Shown here in pieces: positions 62,365 to 64,000 of a stretch of 64,000 nucleotides of DNA. Both the position numbers and the translations under genes were made by a program. Within the stretch, counting starts at the first letter, position 1. Every line of letters starts with the position of its first letter. This stretch comes from Azolla caroliniana (taxonomy: Eukaryota > Plantae > Polypodiophyta), in assembly GCA_043228905.1 (NCBI GenBank), contig JBHGNT010000009.1:6076001-6140000 (forward strand), read 5' to 3'. The notes beneath the pieces are model-generated. The model did not search any database and was not told where the DNA came from. It saw nothing but the letters and a program-made list of their open reading frames with translations.

Positions 62365-63787
62365 TACATACATACATACATACATACATACATTACATAT
62401 GGATATATGCATACATATATGTACATTTGTACATAGACATACCTATATCATTTATACATTAGATATATACATAAATATTATGCACATATTACAATCACAC
62501 ATCCATACACATTGAATCGTGTACATTGTCATATGGATATATGAAAACACATACATACACAGATAAATTACATATGGATATATGCATACACATATGTACA
62601 TTCACACATGGACATACATATATTCATTTATACATTGCTACATATACATACACATATATACATTAGATATATACATAGATTTTATGTACATATGACAATC
62701 ACACATCCATATACATTGAATCGTGTACATTTACATATGCATATATGCATACACATACATACATACATTACATATATGCATACACATGTACATTCGTACA
62801 TGGACATACATACTCATACATTACATACATGACATATGGATACACATATGTACATTCGTACATGAATGTTTGAATGTTATGTTTAGTATGAATGAATGAA
62901 TGAATGTATGTATGTGCACGTAATGTATGCATGTATGAATGAATGAATATATACATATATGTAATGTATGCATAAAATAAGTATGCTTGCATGAATAAAC
63001 GTGAATGAATGGTTGTTTCCCCCCCAATCACATAGAATTTAAATCTTGTAAAAATGGTCACACTAATGCCAGGATATCTTCTTAAAAATAAAAATAAAAA
63101 AACTTGAATGAATGGATATATGTATGTATATTTATTTGTATGTGTATGCATATATGTGTGTGGATGTTTGTTTGTAATATGTAATGTATGTATATTTATT
63201 TGTATGTGTATGCATATATGTGTGTGGATGTTTGTTTGTAATATGTATGTAAAATTAATGTATATATATGAGCGGTATGAATGTTTAAGTTAATCTATAA
63301 AAGTGATAAATTATAATAGTGAAAACATTCTAAAGAAAAATAAAATAAAATGTGGGAGAGGGGTTTGAATGAGAATAGGAAAAAACGGGTAAGGGGCAGG
63401 GCTAGAAATAGGAGAGGCTGAAAATAGGAGAAAGTTGGGGAGGGGTAGGGCGTAGAATATAAAGATTTTTACAAGGGGTGAGTACATAAGCCGGTGACAA
63501 ATATAACACCGTGCTATGCGATAGAGTGTAGGGTTGGAGATACAACATGGATAAAAATGAAATACAAAATCTTGGCTACCATGTGTAGTCCTGGACATAT
63601 GAACTACAAGAGAGATAAAGAGATATAAAAGGGAATGCATCGTTAGTAAATGTAGTCTCATGCTTACAAACAATATATATTATACATACACTGTGATACA
63701 CATACATACAAATATGATATTACAAACAAACATCCACACACACATATATGTATTATGCATACACATACACATACAAATATACATACA

Positions 63788-63852
<65 letters not shown>

Positions 63853-64000
63853 TATATATATTCATTGATACATGCATACATTACGTGCACATACATACAT
63901 ACATACATACATACATACATTCATACTAAACATAATATTCAAACATTCATGTTTTTTTTAATTTAGATTTTTGCCGCCTCCTCCTTTGCTCTACCTCCTC
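60200..64000. repeat. AT-rich low-complexity TACA/CA/TA simple-repeat region with internal duplications
   Basis: (ATAC)n and (AC)n tracts; direct duplication ~60430-60660 / ~61030-61260; inverted repeat 62861-~62990 / ~63780-63951. Confidence 0.9.

Noticed and set aside
60846-63966. His/Ile/Tyr/Thr-rich ORFs
   Set aside because: They are translations of TACA/CA simple repeats.

Overview
Eukaryotic land-plant nuclear DNA. The TE spectrum suggests a non-seed plant such as a fern or lycophyte, but this is inference only. The window has one intact host gene, a 5-exon GDSL esterase/lipase on the minus strand (42424-50225, about 376 aa), surrounded by deeply nested transposable elements. These are: several Ty1/copia elements; LINE remnants; a non-chromovirus Ty3/gypsy that occurs twice as part of a duplicated dead gypsy+copia composite (about 8350-12270 and 54640-60129); a young full-length gypsy (13885-20856) with a tRNA-Trp primer site and 4-bp TSD, plus two relatives; two chromovirus-like gypsy elements with a covarying self-priming (tRNA-independent) signal, heat-shock-element arrays and a -1 frameshift pseudoknot; a hAT-type MITE; and an ~8-kb Sola2-like DNA transposon (about 22277-30366). 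The Sola2-like element carries a convergent unknown gene, and its introns are filled with arrays of a palindromic 52-bp repeat whose core also sits at the element terminus. The last ~3.9 kb is TACA-type low-complexity sequence. All family assignments come from recognising motifs by eye; no database search was run.
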